Source: Fibrobacterales bacterium (GTDB lineage Bacteria > Fibrobacterota > Fibrobacteria > Fibrobacterales > JAOPTW01). Taken from it: a stretch of 64,000 bases of DNA. Positions 19,792 through 29,179 of the stretch are shown here, in pieces. The number at the start of each line of letters is the position of its first letter. Position 1 is the stretch's first letter. The notes below the pieces were generated by a model. That model was not told the DNA's origin and made no database searches. It worked only from the letters and a program-made list of their open reading frames with translations. The DNA lies in assembly GCA_051532055.1 (NCBI GenBank), contig JAOPTX010000037.1:67180-131179 (forward strand), read 5' to 3'. A program made the position numbers and the translations under genes.

Positions 19792-21168
19792 ATGAAAGTA
19801 CTGTATATCACACTCGTAATACTCCTCGCATCATGCATCAATGGAACTGATACGGCAAATGATTCGACGGACACTACATCAGATGAGACGGCACTGCTCT
19901 CTGGAACCACAGAGCTTGTCTATAGCGTCCCTACAGACGGTATACCGTTTACCATTGATAGCATATCGGTCATATTCTACAGAGGCCAAAGTATCACTCC
20001 ATTTCAAAGCCCTGCACCAGCACTCAATACTGAGTTTTTAGAATATACAACACCACTCAATATTGGTGATACTGTAACGGTCTCTGCCGCTGTCTATAGA
20101 AATGACACACTCATTGCTGATGCCCTTGACTCTATTATTATTACCGAATTAACGCTCAGTTATACGGGTGCAGTCTTAAATCACCTCCCTATTGTATCTG
20201 CCGGTGCAGACCGATCGGTCTATGTAAATAATAAAGTGGTTTTTAATACCGCTGATGTGGTGGAAATTGATGATACCGAATTAAACCTCTGGTGGAAATC
20301 TGCATCAGATAGTGTGTTTTCACTGAGTTTTTTGGATAAGTATTATACAACTGCCAGTACCGATACTATTATCTTAAAAGCGGTTGATGGGTATGGGCAT
20401 GCAGTATATGACACGCTATTGGTAATCATTAATGATTATGACATTGGTGACCTTTCATCAAGTAGTGCTGTTCCGACGGATGTAGTTAGTTCGAGTACAA
20501 CGCTTTCGTCGAGCTCAGTTATGAGTTCTTCTGCGACAATCTCATCATCTGTTCAGGTGCTTTCATCGAGCTTGGTATCTTCTTCTACCGTAATGAGTTC
20601 ATCGGAGGCTGTTGTTGTCAGTTCGAGTGTAGCTGTTGTTTCATCGAGTAGCACAGTAGTAAATTCTAGTTCTGTTGGTCCGGTGCTCTATGAATTGACG
20701 GTTGATGGTGGTACTGGGTCTGGCTTTTATGAGGCGGGAACGGTGGTTGATATTGTGGCGAATGCGAATGATACGGGGATGTGTTTTTATGAGTGGCTGG
20801 GCCATGAAGTTGCGGATGAAACAATCTCTACAACTACTTTAGTTATGCCTGCTTCGAATATTATTATTCTAAATGAGTTATTTAATTGCTGGGAATTAAC
20901 AATTTTATATAATGATTCTCAGTATACTGACACAACTGTAACGCTATCATGGGGAGTTGAATATTATGTATATTGGGAACCACCTATGGATCCTAGGCTC
21001 GGCTGGACATGCATAGCTGATTGGTCACATCCTCATAATGGAGAATCCGAAAGTGTTTATAGCCCAAATTTAAACACAGATTCTTTATTTATTCAAACGC
21101 CCTTACTCTCAAGTACATACCATCACGGCAAAGATACCATCACTAAAGTTGGTGAAAGCTGTAAGTAA
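19792..21168 (+). CDS. Ser-rich lipoprotein (paralog 2)
   Basis: Lipobox LASC; VSAGADRS; poly-Ser linker; YELTVDGGTGSGFYEAGTVVDIVA; colinear with 18306-19673. Confidence 0.75.
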   Translation: MKVLYITLVILLASCINGTDTANDSTDTTSDETALLSGTTELVYSVPTDGIPFTIDSISVIFYRGQSITPFQSPAPALNTEFLEYTTPLNIGDTVTVSAAVYRNDTLIADALDSIIITELTLSYTGAVLNHLPIVSAGADRSVYVNNKVVFNTADVVEIDDTELNLWWKSASDSVFSLSFLDKYYTTASTDTIILKAVDGYGHAVYDTLLVIINDYDIGDLSSSSAVPTDVVSSSTTLSSSSVMSSSATISSSVQVLSSSLVSSSTVMSSSEAVVVSSSVAVVSSSSTVVNSSSVGPVLYELTVDGGTGSGFYEAGTVVDIVANANDTGMCFYEWLGHEVADETISTTTLVMPASNIIILNELFNCWELTILYNDSQYTDTTVTLSWGVEYYVYWEPPMDPRLGWTCIADWSHPHNGESESVYSPNLNTDSLFIQTPLLSSTYHHGKDTITKVGESCK

Positions 21169-21342
21169 CAATAAAACAACAGTAACATTAAATCTACAGT
21201 TCCCTATTTATCTTTATAGGCCAAAAGTAAACTTTAACTACTGGCCTATGAAAATACTTGCAAGGTCGCAGATGTTGCTGGAAGGGGCGCTGCACTTATT
21301 TTTTTCTTTCTTCTTATTCCTATACTTTTTCTTTATATATAG

Positions 21343-21781
21343 TTCCCGGGCGTCGGCCCTGGAGACGACCAGATCTTTTGGGTGCCCAAAAGACTGGACC
21401 TCTAAATGCGAGAGCATTTAGCATTTGCCAAAGGCAAACCCGAAGGGTGAGGAAGCAATGTTTACTGACGAATAAAAGGCACTCTGCTGAGAGCTTTATT
21501 ACAAATGCTTTGTACATCTAGACCAGGTTACACTGCTCTGTAGCTATTGGTATTTCATTGGTTTCTTCATTTCTGAGCATAATAAATCATCGTGCCCATG
21601 GTTACGTTTTAACCTTTCAATTGTGTATGGGACAATCTGTACTACATAGTATTTTGATGCTATGCAAGGCCGCGGTTGTAATGTGAAATGTGCTTCGCAC
21701 ATGGGTAAACAATGTTCTGACGCAGAACTTTCTAAAGAATTCTGCGCCCGAACAATAGGGCTTTTGAAAGAGTCCTGATTG
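21343..21781 (+). ncRNA. Candidate large structured ncRNA (or ssDNA-structured element), family not recognised
   Basis: At least 11 consecutive hairpins, several with G.U pairs on the + strand, a GAGA tetraloop, upstream TTCTTA-N17-TATATA; no credible ORF. Confidence 0.55.
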
Positions 21782-21899
21782 CTCCATATGCACTGTTGTT
21801 TATCTTTTGTATATTGAATTACAGTCAGGTAATCGAAATTGACAGGTAATCATTTTTTACACCAGCGTATTACGCTACAATTCCTTAGAATTTTCGATT

Positions 21900-22665
21900 A
21901 TCTACCTCTAAATTACGATTCACACACCAATACAACCTTACCACGACTACTGAATCGTCTACCACTGCACTCCAATAAGTTACCACGCCACTCGAATTGT
22001 CTACCACGCCTAAACAGTTTCCCAAATACCTAAAGGACACTTCCATTATTGCTCTCGAGTAAGTTACCACGCCTCTCGAATAAGTTACCACGCCACTCGA
22101 ATAAGTTACCACGCCACTCGAATTGTCTACCACCCCTAAACAGTTTCCCAAATATCTAAAGGAACCGAGAACCACGACCTCCGAGTCATGATTCTATACC
22201 ATTGAAAAATTCTAGCACGCACTATTATTTTTTGATTCACGCCCACTAAATCGGCTACCACACGTGTTGAATCGCTACCAGTCTATACGAATCAAGATTC
22301 TATACCCCCATGCTCGGTCACAATGCGCAAATAATGTTCTACCACGAGTGAAGTGTTACCCTCCATTGCAGAATGCTTACCCCACACGCCACCAGACAAA
22401 CCTTACACGCCAAAAATGTTTTTGATTCTTTAGGGGGGAATATCACTCTCTACCTCCCAATTGAGATTCTCACTACTTATGCCCGGCCATACTGCGCAAA
22501 CAAAGGTCTACCACGAGTAAAGTTCTACCCAACATTACTGAATGGTTAGCCCACACGCCATTAGACAACCTTACCACGCGAGAAACCTTATGGATTCACT
22601 GGAATAGTAAATGCCTACGCCATACCAGTTGAGCTTCACGCCACTTATGCTTTGCTACATGCCTC
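21900..22665. repeat. Degenerate 21-bp periodic array (core (t)accacgcc)
   Basis: ccac(g)-type cores recur at 21941, 21962, 21983, 22004, 22067, 22088, 22109, 22130, 22172 ... 22342, 22384, 22405, 22511, 22553, 22574, 22636; higher-order duplications with 126- and 169-bp offsets. Confidence 0.85.
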
Positions 22666-22882
22666 AAATGCTTGCCATTTGGTCTAGCTGGAAAGGAAGT
22701 TCATTATTGCAAAAAGGAAATCGTTCTTTAATGATACGCTATAGCCCATAGGTAACCACCCGATGCTTACTAAAAGCAAGCAACAACATTATCCTAACGA
22801 CTGTAAACTTTACGTTACACCTCCAACCAGCCCAACACATTTAGTATCTTAGTCTTTTTGTTTACCTCTCATTTGAGCACCT

Positions 22883-25800
22883 ATGCTAAACCACAATTCA
22901 GATAACAAACTAGACCATAGAATATTCAACAAAGGCGCCTTTGCCGACTCCAATTCACCAATGCGCACAAGTGCTCCTTCAGGTGGAGGTGGTGGCTTTG
23001 GCGGATCTAGCGGCTCTAACAATTCCAGTGCCAGTAGCTCAAATCGTGCTTCTCAATCAGAGAGTCCCGACTCCGAGTCTGAAGAGAGCCCTGCACAGCC
23101 TCAAGAGGAGGAAGAGGAAGCGATTCAAGAACAATTGGTTACGTTAAGTAATCTTCAATTTATAGAACCTGAAACTGCGACCATGGATGGTGAAGTTGAC
23201 TATGCTTTTGATATAGAATACCTCACCGATATGAAGCCCCCAAATTATACCATTGCAGGTACCTCGACCTATAAAGGGAATGAGACCGCCCTTCCGAATC
23301 CATCACTCTCTATTTCTGGTAATTCAGGTAAGGGCACCTTTAAACTCCCTATCAATAATGATCACTATATGGATCCCGAAAAAACTCCTGATGATAAAGT
23401 GACCTATACCTATAGTGTTACCTGTGATAAAGATAGCACCAGTGCCCAATGTGACACTCCTCTAGAACTTTCTTCACCAGAACTTGCAATCACTTTAATT
23501 GAAGTACTTGACACCTGTTTTTCTAACACAAGTCCTATCCCTGTTCTTGATAGTGACGGCATGCTCCTTAAAGCCATTGCTCAGTGTTACGCACATTTAG
23601 AAGAGTGGCCCGACAAGATAATTACCGTCTATGGACATTGTAAAAGCGACACCGCTGAACCCTATCCATTATCAGAAAAAAGGGCTACTGCGATTAAAGC
23701 CCTCATAGCAAACGATTCAAGCCTATGGGGTTCACTCTATAGTGACGTGCAGGTCGAAGACTATCAACAGCTTTTGACCGGACTCGCCGATCTTTTTTGG
23801 TGGCCCTGTGACCCTTTGGGAGTTGACAACACCCTAGGAGATAATACTCAATTTGCCATTAAAGGATTTCAGCAACAGTATTCCGAGCACTATAAACCCA
23901 TCAAAGTAAGTGGCTCTATGAATACCGAGACTTGGGGCGCCTTCTGCACTGTTCTCTACACTATAGCACATACCTCATCTAAAAGCACCAAAGCTAAACC
24001 TCGTTTTTATGATACTGTTAAGGGCGTCTTCCCCTGTGGGTCTAACATCCCTATAGCAGATACGGGACAAACAGGTTTTACATCTACGACGGATGCCCGT
24101 CTTGAACTTCAGCTCCATGAATCACCCGTACCACCAACACTCCCCGCACCGAGTGATGCTATTACTGCTGCAGAGATCCCCTCCTATAATCCAGGCATTT
24201 GCGAGATGACTTTTCTTGATGCGTCTACTATAGAGCTGATTAAAGAGAGTGATGCACTCCCCTTTATTTGCGCCTACCTCCCTTGTGAAGGTTCTGATGC
24301 AGGAAATTTTATCATTATCCCAGAAGAAGATGCCGATCAATTTTTTAAAGATGCCGATGATTTTGAAATACCACTGATTGAAATAAATAAAGAACGAACA
24401 GAGCTCTTAGCTCAAGAAGAACCAGACCGAGAAAAACTTGAAGAGAACAAGAAAAAATTTACTGAACACCTAAAGATTAGTGCTAAACCTAAATTCGAAG
24501 AGCTCATTGTTATGAACCGCTTTAAGAAATTAGACAGCAAATACTATGGTAAACGTCAAATTAAATCTGATAAGATGAAAACCCATTGGAGACGCTTTAG
24601 CAGCAAACAAATTGAAAAGGAATTTGATACAGAGGTTAAGAAGATTCAGGGCGCTAAACCCAAAAAGATGAACGATTATGTGCAAGCAAAGGTAAAAAGC
24701 AACTGGTGGGCTCTTAAAAACGACAAGGGGCAGCCATACGAAGCCGTCTGGAAGGTGGGAGCAGACACTTTTGGCAAAGATAACGAACACTTTGATGCAG
24801 GCTATGAATATGCGGTTATGAGAGCTGCGGTTACCGCAGAAGTCGGTGCAGAGTTTGACCCTAAAGAGATGAAGCTCTCCGTATCAGCCAAAGGAGAGGC
24901 TACTGCATCTCTCATAGAAGGCAAGGTATATTTTAATGTCTCATTTCCGGATGAAAAGGGTTTCAACCTCATAGACACCCTCCATAAAGCACTTGATGAC
25001 TCATATAAAGAAAAGGGTACCTATGACCCAGATAAGAGCAAGAATTTTGTTAAACGCGATGAGACCCTTTACCTTCTTATAAAACTGGAAGCAAGTCTCT
25101 ATGGGTTTGTAGGTGCAAATGCAGCAATCTCACTCCCTGATGTGAATTTAAATTTTGCCAACGTGACGTCGACCGATGATAAGCCCAAAGGGCGTCTTGC
25201 ATCAGGAGACGCACCCAAAGCATGTGCAACCGTTGGCGTTGAAGCCTTTGCTGGCGCCCAGGGTACTATTGATTTTACTACACAACTTAATTGGAGTAAG
25301 ACATTAGGCGGAACATTTAAGAATATTTGTAAGGCCGGTGGTGCACTTACCGGTCGTGCCGGAATTGGTGTACAGGCCTTTGCAAAGTTTAGTTATGAAA
25401 ACGGTAAGATCGTTTTTACTGCCAAAGCAAACCTGGTTGTTGGACTTGGTGGTGGCGGTGCTCTTATATATGAGCTTAATTTTAATGAAGGCATTAAAAT
25501 GATCTCACATCTCATGAGATGTTTTAATTACCATAATGCTTTTGAAATTGCTGATGACTTGTTTGAATTGTATCTTAAAGCCATATTTATCCAAGTATAT
25601 GGTTTAGCTAAAGGTGTTGAGTTAGTGGTCGATACAGTAGAAGAATGGTTTGATGACCTTTTTGATAGTGACTTAAATGAACGAATTCAAAAACTTACTA
25701 CAACCCCAATCATTCTGCACCAAGCACCTCCTGAAATACTGGGTCCCATTATTGGTGAAATTATCAACAGAAAAGCCCATAGTAGTCAAGATTATGAAAA

Positions 25801-26050
25801 TATTTTATCTATGCTAGAACAATCTAAAGCCGGTTTAATCCCTGGTACAAAGAACCACGAACTTGGTTGGATTATAAGATATTCTTGTATAAAGGATGGA
25901 TTTTGGAAGGATACAACTGCCGATATAATTAAAAAGGATGACGCTTCTAGAATCAAATATCTACAAGAAGGTAACAATAATATTAAAATGTATTTTTCCC
26001 ACTCATCAGTGACCACAACACAGAAAACCAGACTTGAGGCATTATTATGA
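22883..26050 (+). CDS. Large putative polymorphic effector: low-complexity N-terminus, OmpA-like/peptidoglycan-binding region, Gly/Ala-rich C-terminal domain
   Basis: TVYGH..LSEKRATAI (OmpA-like), GVDNTLGDNTQFAIKGFQQQY (PG-binding-like), GRAGIG..LVVGLGGGG; overlaps the next gene by 4 bp. Confidence 0.6.
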   Translation: MLNHNSDNKLDHRIFNKGAFADSNSPMRTSAPSGGGGGFGGSSGSNNSSASSSNRASQSESPDSESEESPAQPQEEEEEAIQEQLVTLSNLQFIEPETATMDGEVDYAFDIEYLTDMKPPNYTIAGTSTYKGNETALPNPSLSISGNSGKGTFKLPINNDHYMDPEKTPDDKVTYTYSVTCDKDSTSAQCDTPLELSSPELAITLIEVLDTCFSNTSPIPVLDSDGMLLKAIAQCYAHLEEWPDKIITVYGHCKSDTAEPYPLSEKRATAIKALIANDSSLWGSLYSDVQVEDYQQLLTGLADLFWWPCDPLGVDNTLGDNTQFAIKGFQQQYSEHYKPIKVSGSMNTETWGAFCTVLYTIAHTSSKSTKAKPRFYDTVKGVFPCGSNIPIADTGQTGFTSTTDARLELQLHESPVPPTLPAPSDAITAAEIPSYNPGICEMTFLDASTIELIKESDALPFICAYLPCEGSDAGNFIIIPEEDADQFFKDADDFEIPLIEINKERTELLAQEEPDREKLEENKKKFTEHLKISAKPKFEELIVMNRFKKLDSKYYGKRQIKSDKMKTHWRRFSSKQIEKEFDTEVKKIQGAKPKKMNDYVQAKVKSNWWALKNDKGQPYEAVWKVGADTFGKDNEHFDAGYEYAVMRAAVTAEVGAEFDPKEMKLSVSAKGEATASLIEGKVYFNVSFPDEKGFNLIDTLHKALDDSYKEKGTYDPDKSKNFVKRDETLYLLIKLEASLYGFVGANAAISLPDVNLNFANVTSTDDKPKGRLASGDAPKACATVGVEAFAGAQGTIDFTTQLNWSKTLGGTFKNICKAGGALTGRAGIGVQAFAKFSYENGKIVFTAKANLVVGLGGGGALIYELNFNEGIKMISHLMRCFNYHNAFEIADDLFELYLKAIFIQVYGLAKGVELVVDTVEEWFDDLFDSDLNERIQKLTTTPIILHQAPPEILGPIIGEIINRKAHSSQDYENILSMLEQSKAGLIPGTKNHELGWIIRYSCIKDGFWKDTTADIIKKDDASRIKYLQEGNNNIKMYFSHSSVTTTQKTRLEALL

Positions 26051-26712
26051 ATCTAATCATTTTCATTCTATTCATTTCATTTACATTTTTATCAGCCAAA
26101 ACTGATACAACATTTTTTTCAAATGGCAAAATTGAAAGTATCATTCATTTTGATCAAAATAATCAAGAAAATGGAACATCTTTGTTTTGGAATGCACACG
26201 GAACCCTCATCCATAAACGAGAGCTCAAAAATGGAAAGACGAATGGAGTATTTGCAAATTACTATGACACAGGAAAGACAAGCCGTGAAGAACACTATAC
26301 AATGGGAAAACTAGATGGCTGGTCAATATCATGGGATGAGCAAAGCCATACTAAAGACAGCACTCTTTATATAGATGGAAACAGAGTAGAAGAGTTTCTT
26401 TTCTACCCTTCTACAAAACAAATCAATTCACACACACTCTTTGTACACAAGAATTCTTATTCGTATATAACTATGCAAGACCGATTTCTTAAAAGTGGAG
26501 AAATACTGAGCCAAATTCGCAGTGGTAATGGTATTGAAAAATATAAACGTAACAATGAAACAAAACTCAGAAATGTAAAGCTCTTTAAAGGTGGAAAAAA
26601 AGAAGGAAAATCAATACGAGACAAATCTCATCCTCTATTTAACCTAAATCCACTCCCCAAGAAAGATATCCTTCCGTGGGATATAGAGAAGTATGGGCAT
26701 TTAAAAAATTAA
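26047..26712 (+). CDS. Exported MORN-variant repeat (YwqK-like) protein, putative immunity protein
   Basis: Signal peptide; repeats FFSNGKI, NGKTNGVFANYYDTGK, GKLDGWSISWDEQ; ATGA coupling to the upstream gene. Confidence 0.75.
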   Translation: MNLIIFILFISFTFLSAKTDTTFFSNGKIESIIHFDQNNQENGTSLFWNAHGTLIHKRELKNGKTNGVFANYYDTGKTSREEHYTMGKLDGWSISWDEQSHTKDSTLYIDGNRVEEFLFYPSTKQINSHTLFVHKNSYSYITMQDRFLKSGEILSQIRSGNGIEKYKRNNETKLRNVKLFKGGKKEGKSIRDKSHPLFNLNPLPKKDILPWDIEKYGHLKN

Positions 26713-26857
26713 ATCCATCATACAACTTGAGGACACAACTGGTACAGCCGTAATATCTATACAGCACAAGCTCTACAAACAAAAAAGCTCACCCTAAGGG
26801 CAAGCTTCAAACTACAATACAATCGTTCCTACTTCAGATCCACCTCCTCTGTGTGCA

Positions 26858-28054
26858 CTACTCACATCGCACCCCATTCCAACTCTTATCACCACACCAA
26901 CCATCATGCTCCCAATCATCTTCACCACTCCATTTATAGTAGCGAAAATAGTGGTACTCAGTCTGAACCTTTATCCCCGTGAGGTAATCATCATCAGGAC
27001 TTCCACTTAAGCTTTCATGACCCATCCAAAAGTTAAAAATGGCATAGAGTGGTTCTGTAGGAATAAGGTGTGCCTCAGTCACTCTGCGCACTTCAATGTC
27101 ATTGATAATCCATGCCACATACTCTGAAGTCCACTCAATAACAAAATCATTATCCTCTTGATGATTAATGGGTGAAATGTCATGTGAGTCTAATTCACTA
27201 TTAAAGGCGATATCAGACCAGAGTGCTGCTCCCCCATCTTTATCTATGAGGAGATTGGTTGTTGATTGACCAGGCACTGTAGACATGAGTTCAATATCAA
27301 TCTCTAACCACTGCTCATCACGAGGAACATTAAAGAGAAAAAAGGTAGAGAGGTAGTGTTCTGCATCCGGCGCTTTGATGGTTGTTTCAAAACGGCCATA
27401 TTTATACATCTTGAGTGAACGAAGCTCCCCTGAGGACCAGTACTTAGAACCATCTTGCCCTGGTATCGGTGATTCTCCATTCGGCGCCGCAAGTCTTCGT
27501 TGGCCCCAACAGGTGCGATCAGGCACATACTCTTTAGTCATAATAAGTTTGAGTACGCCGTCTGACACATCCACACCACTGGGCTGAAACATTGTTTTAT
27601 TATCATCCCAACTGCCATCACTGATTTCCCAATAGTCAAGATCGAGATTATCAAATTCATCTTCATAGACAAGGGTAAACTCACCTTTCACGACCGGTTC
27701 AGTACTTGATGATTCTTGTACCGATGACGAAGACTCTGAAGATGAAACTTCAGATGAGAGTATTGATGAACTTTCACCCCTTGATTGTTCACTACTTGAG
27801 CTTTCACTCCTTGAACTACTGAAGTCACTACTCATTGCACTACTCTCTGATGATGATTCCTCGTTCGATGAGGATTCAATATTCGATAAGGGCCCCTCAT
27901 CATCTTCAGAGGAAGAAATTACATGACGCCCATCTGATGACTCATCAGGTAACACTGCAGATTCAACGGTATTTGGGTCAATGCTAAAACAGCCGTTGAC
28001 TGCTAAGAGCAAAGAGAGACAGAGAAATAAGGGGATTAAGTTTTTGATTACCAT
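26858..28054 (-). CDS. GH16 beta-glucanase lipoprotein with Ser-rich linker
   Basis: EIDIE catalytic motif, YKYGRFE, IEWT..VAW, IFNFW; lipobox-like VNGC; start at 28054 has AGGAG RBS. Confidence 0.9.
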   Translation of the reverse strand: MVIKNLIPLFLCLSLLLAVNGCFSIDPNTVESAVLPDESSDGRHVISSSEDDEGPLSNIESSSNEESSSESSAMSSDFSSSRSESSSSEQSRGESSSILSSEVSSSESSSSVQESSSTEPVVKGEFTLVYEDEFDNLDLDYWEISDGSWDDNKTMFQPSGVDVSDGVLKLIMTKEYVPDRTCWGQRRLAAPNGESPIPGQDGSKYWSSGELRSLKMYKYGRFETTIKAPDAEHYLSTFFLFNVPRDEQWLEIDIELMSTVPGQSTTNLLIDKDGGAALWSDIAFNSELDSHDISPINHQEDNDFVIEWTSEYVAWIINDIEVRRVTEAHLIPTEPLYAIFNFWMGHESLSGSPDDDYLTGIKVQTEYHYFRYYKWSGEDDWEHDGWCGDKSWNGVRCE

Positions 28055-28340
28055 AGGTATGTTCTCCTGTGTAAACCTCATGTGATATTGCGTCATCGCA
28101 CGAGGTTATGATTGTGTTAGTGTGCCTGTTCTTATTAAAAAGATATATTCTCACAAACTTTGAGGGGAAGCAAGTTATTACTTGAAGTAACAACAGCCCA
28201 CGAGGCCTCATAAACACTAGACTGAAACGTATTTCTTTCTTTTAGTAAAATAAAGAACGTAGTGATTGCACCTTTTTTAACCTATGTATTATACAGAGCA
28301 ACACACCACTGCCGTATCTTCCTTTTATAAGAGTGCCACT

Positions 28341-29177
28341 ATGAAAATAATACACTACACACTTACCGCCCTCTCCTGCCTGTCTTTGCTCCACTGCACC
28401 GAACCAGGAGACCCGTATCAACTTGAACCTATTGATCAAAAATTATTAATGACACAAGACAGCATTGTGCCTATGCCTATGAATGTGAACCACTATTATA
28501 TTCCTGAAGGATGGGTTGGTGATGTCTATAGTGTTAATGTTTCCATTGATTCATTGCGCACCTTAGAAGAGAGTGACCTCCATTCTGCTTCATTATTAAA
28601 AGGTGAATGCGTAAGCGACTCTCACTACACAGAAAGCGAACAATCAAAAAGCTGCTATACCATTGAATACAATCAGGCGATTGAAGAAGAGGAAGATCGT
28701 TACTTTGGTATGCACTGGCTTGATCGTTTTAACTGGGGCGAAAACTCAACGCGCTTTTATGTTTCAAAACGAGCTCAAAAAGTAACTGCATGGATACGCG
28801 CCTATGAACCCGATGAAACGGATTCTATAAAAGTTATTATCGGAAGTGCAAACTCAGACATTTGGTCGCACAACGCCAAGAAGACCGTTGTTCAAATGAC
28901 CGACACTTGGGAAAAATATGAGTTTAAGCTCTCAGGTTTTTCACAGTGTGACTTTTTATCCACCCAAGAGATTAAACCTCCTATTTACACCGCAAAGGAT
29001 TGTGATGACGCCATGCAAGCGCGACCGCTCATTAATGCCTTTGCCTGGTATACCCGCGCAGGAATCCCTGTTGGTGACTATCATCTCAAAGTGAGTATTG
29101 ATAGTATATCGTGGAGTGCAGAACCTATGATTGGCGAAGACCCAGAGTTTAACATTATCACCGGCATGGAGGAGTAA
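28341..29177 (+). CDS. Hypothetical lipoprotein, possible carbohydrate-binding jelly-roll domain
   Basis: Signal ending LLHC; YIPEGWVGD, VTAWIRA, MTDTWEKYEFKL, IDSISW. Confidence 0.6.
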   Translation: MKIIHYTLTALSCLSLLHCTEPGDPYQLEPIDQKLLMTQDSIVPMPMNVNHYYIPEGWVGDVYSVNVSIDSLRTLEESDLHSASLLKGECVSDSHYTESEQSKSCYTIEYNQAIEEEEDRYFGMHWLDRFNWGENSTRFYVSKRAQKVTAWIRAYEPDETDSIKVIIGSANSDIWSHNAKKTVVQMTDTWEKYEFKLSGFSQCDFLSTQEIKPPIYTAKDCDDAMQARPLINAFAWYTRAGIPVGDYHLKVSIDSISWSAEPMIGEDPEFNIITGMEE

Positions 29178-29179
29178 TC

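Noticed and set aside
18306..21168. Diversity-generating retroelement targets
   Set aside because: No reverse transcriptase and no TR/VR pair with adenine-specific mismatches in the window
21430..21460. c-di-GMP-I riboswitch (aaaggcaaaccc-gaa-ggg)
   Set aside because: Lacks GACGCAAAGC and a P3 stem; ggcaaa pairs in its own hairpin
21343..21790. tmRNA or RNase P RNA
   Set aside because: Only superficial 5' resemblance; no T-arm/CCA end and no GAGGAAAGTCC or matching 3' P4 motif
21885..22175. 96-aa GVVTYSS-repeat ORF (and the + strand LPRHSN ORF)
   Set aside because: By-products of the 21-bp periodicity; they cover only part of the array and lack an evident RBS
21900..22665. CRISPR array
   Set aside because: Period is only 21 bp, repeats are degenerate, inter-core segments are themselves duplicated, and there are no cas genes
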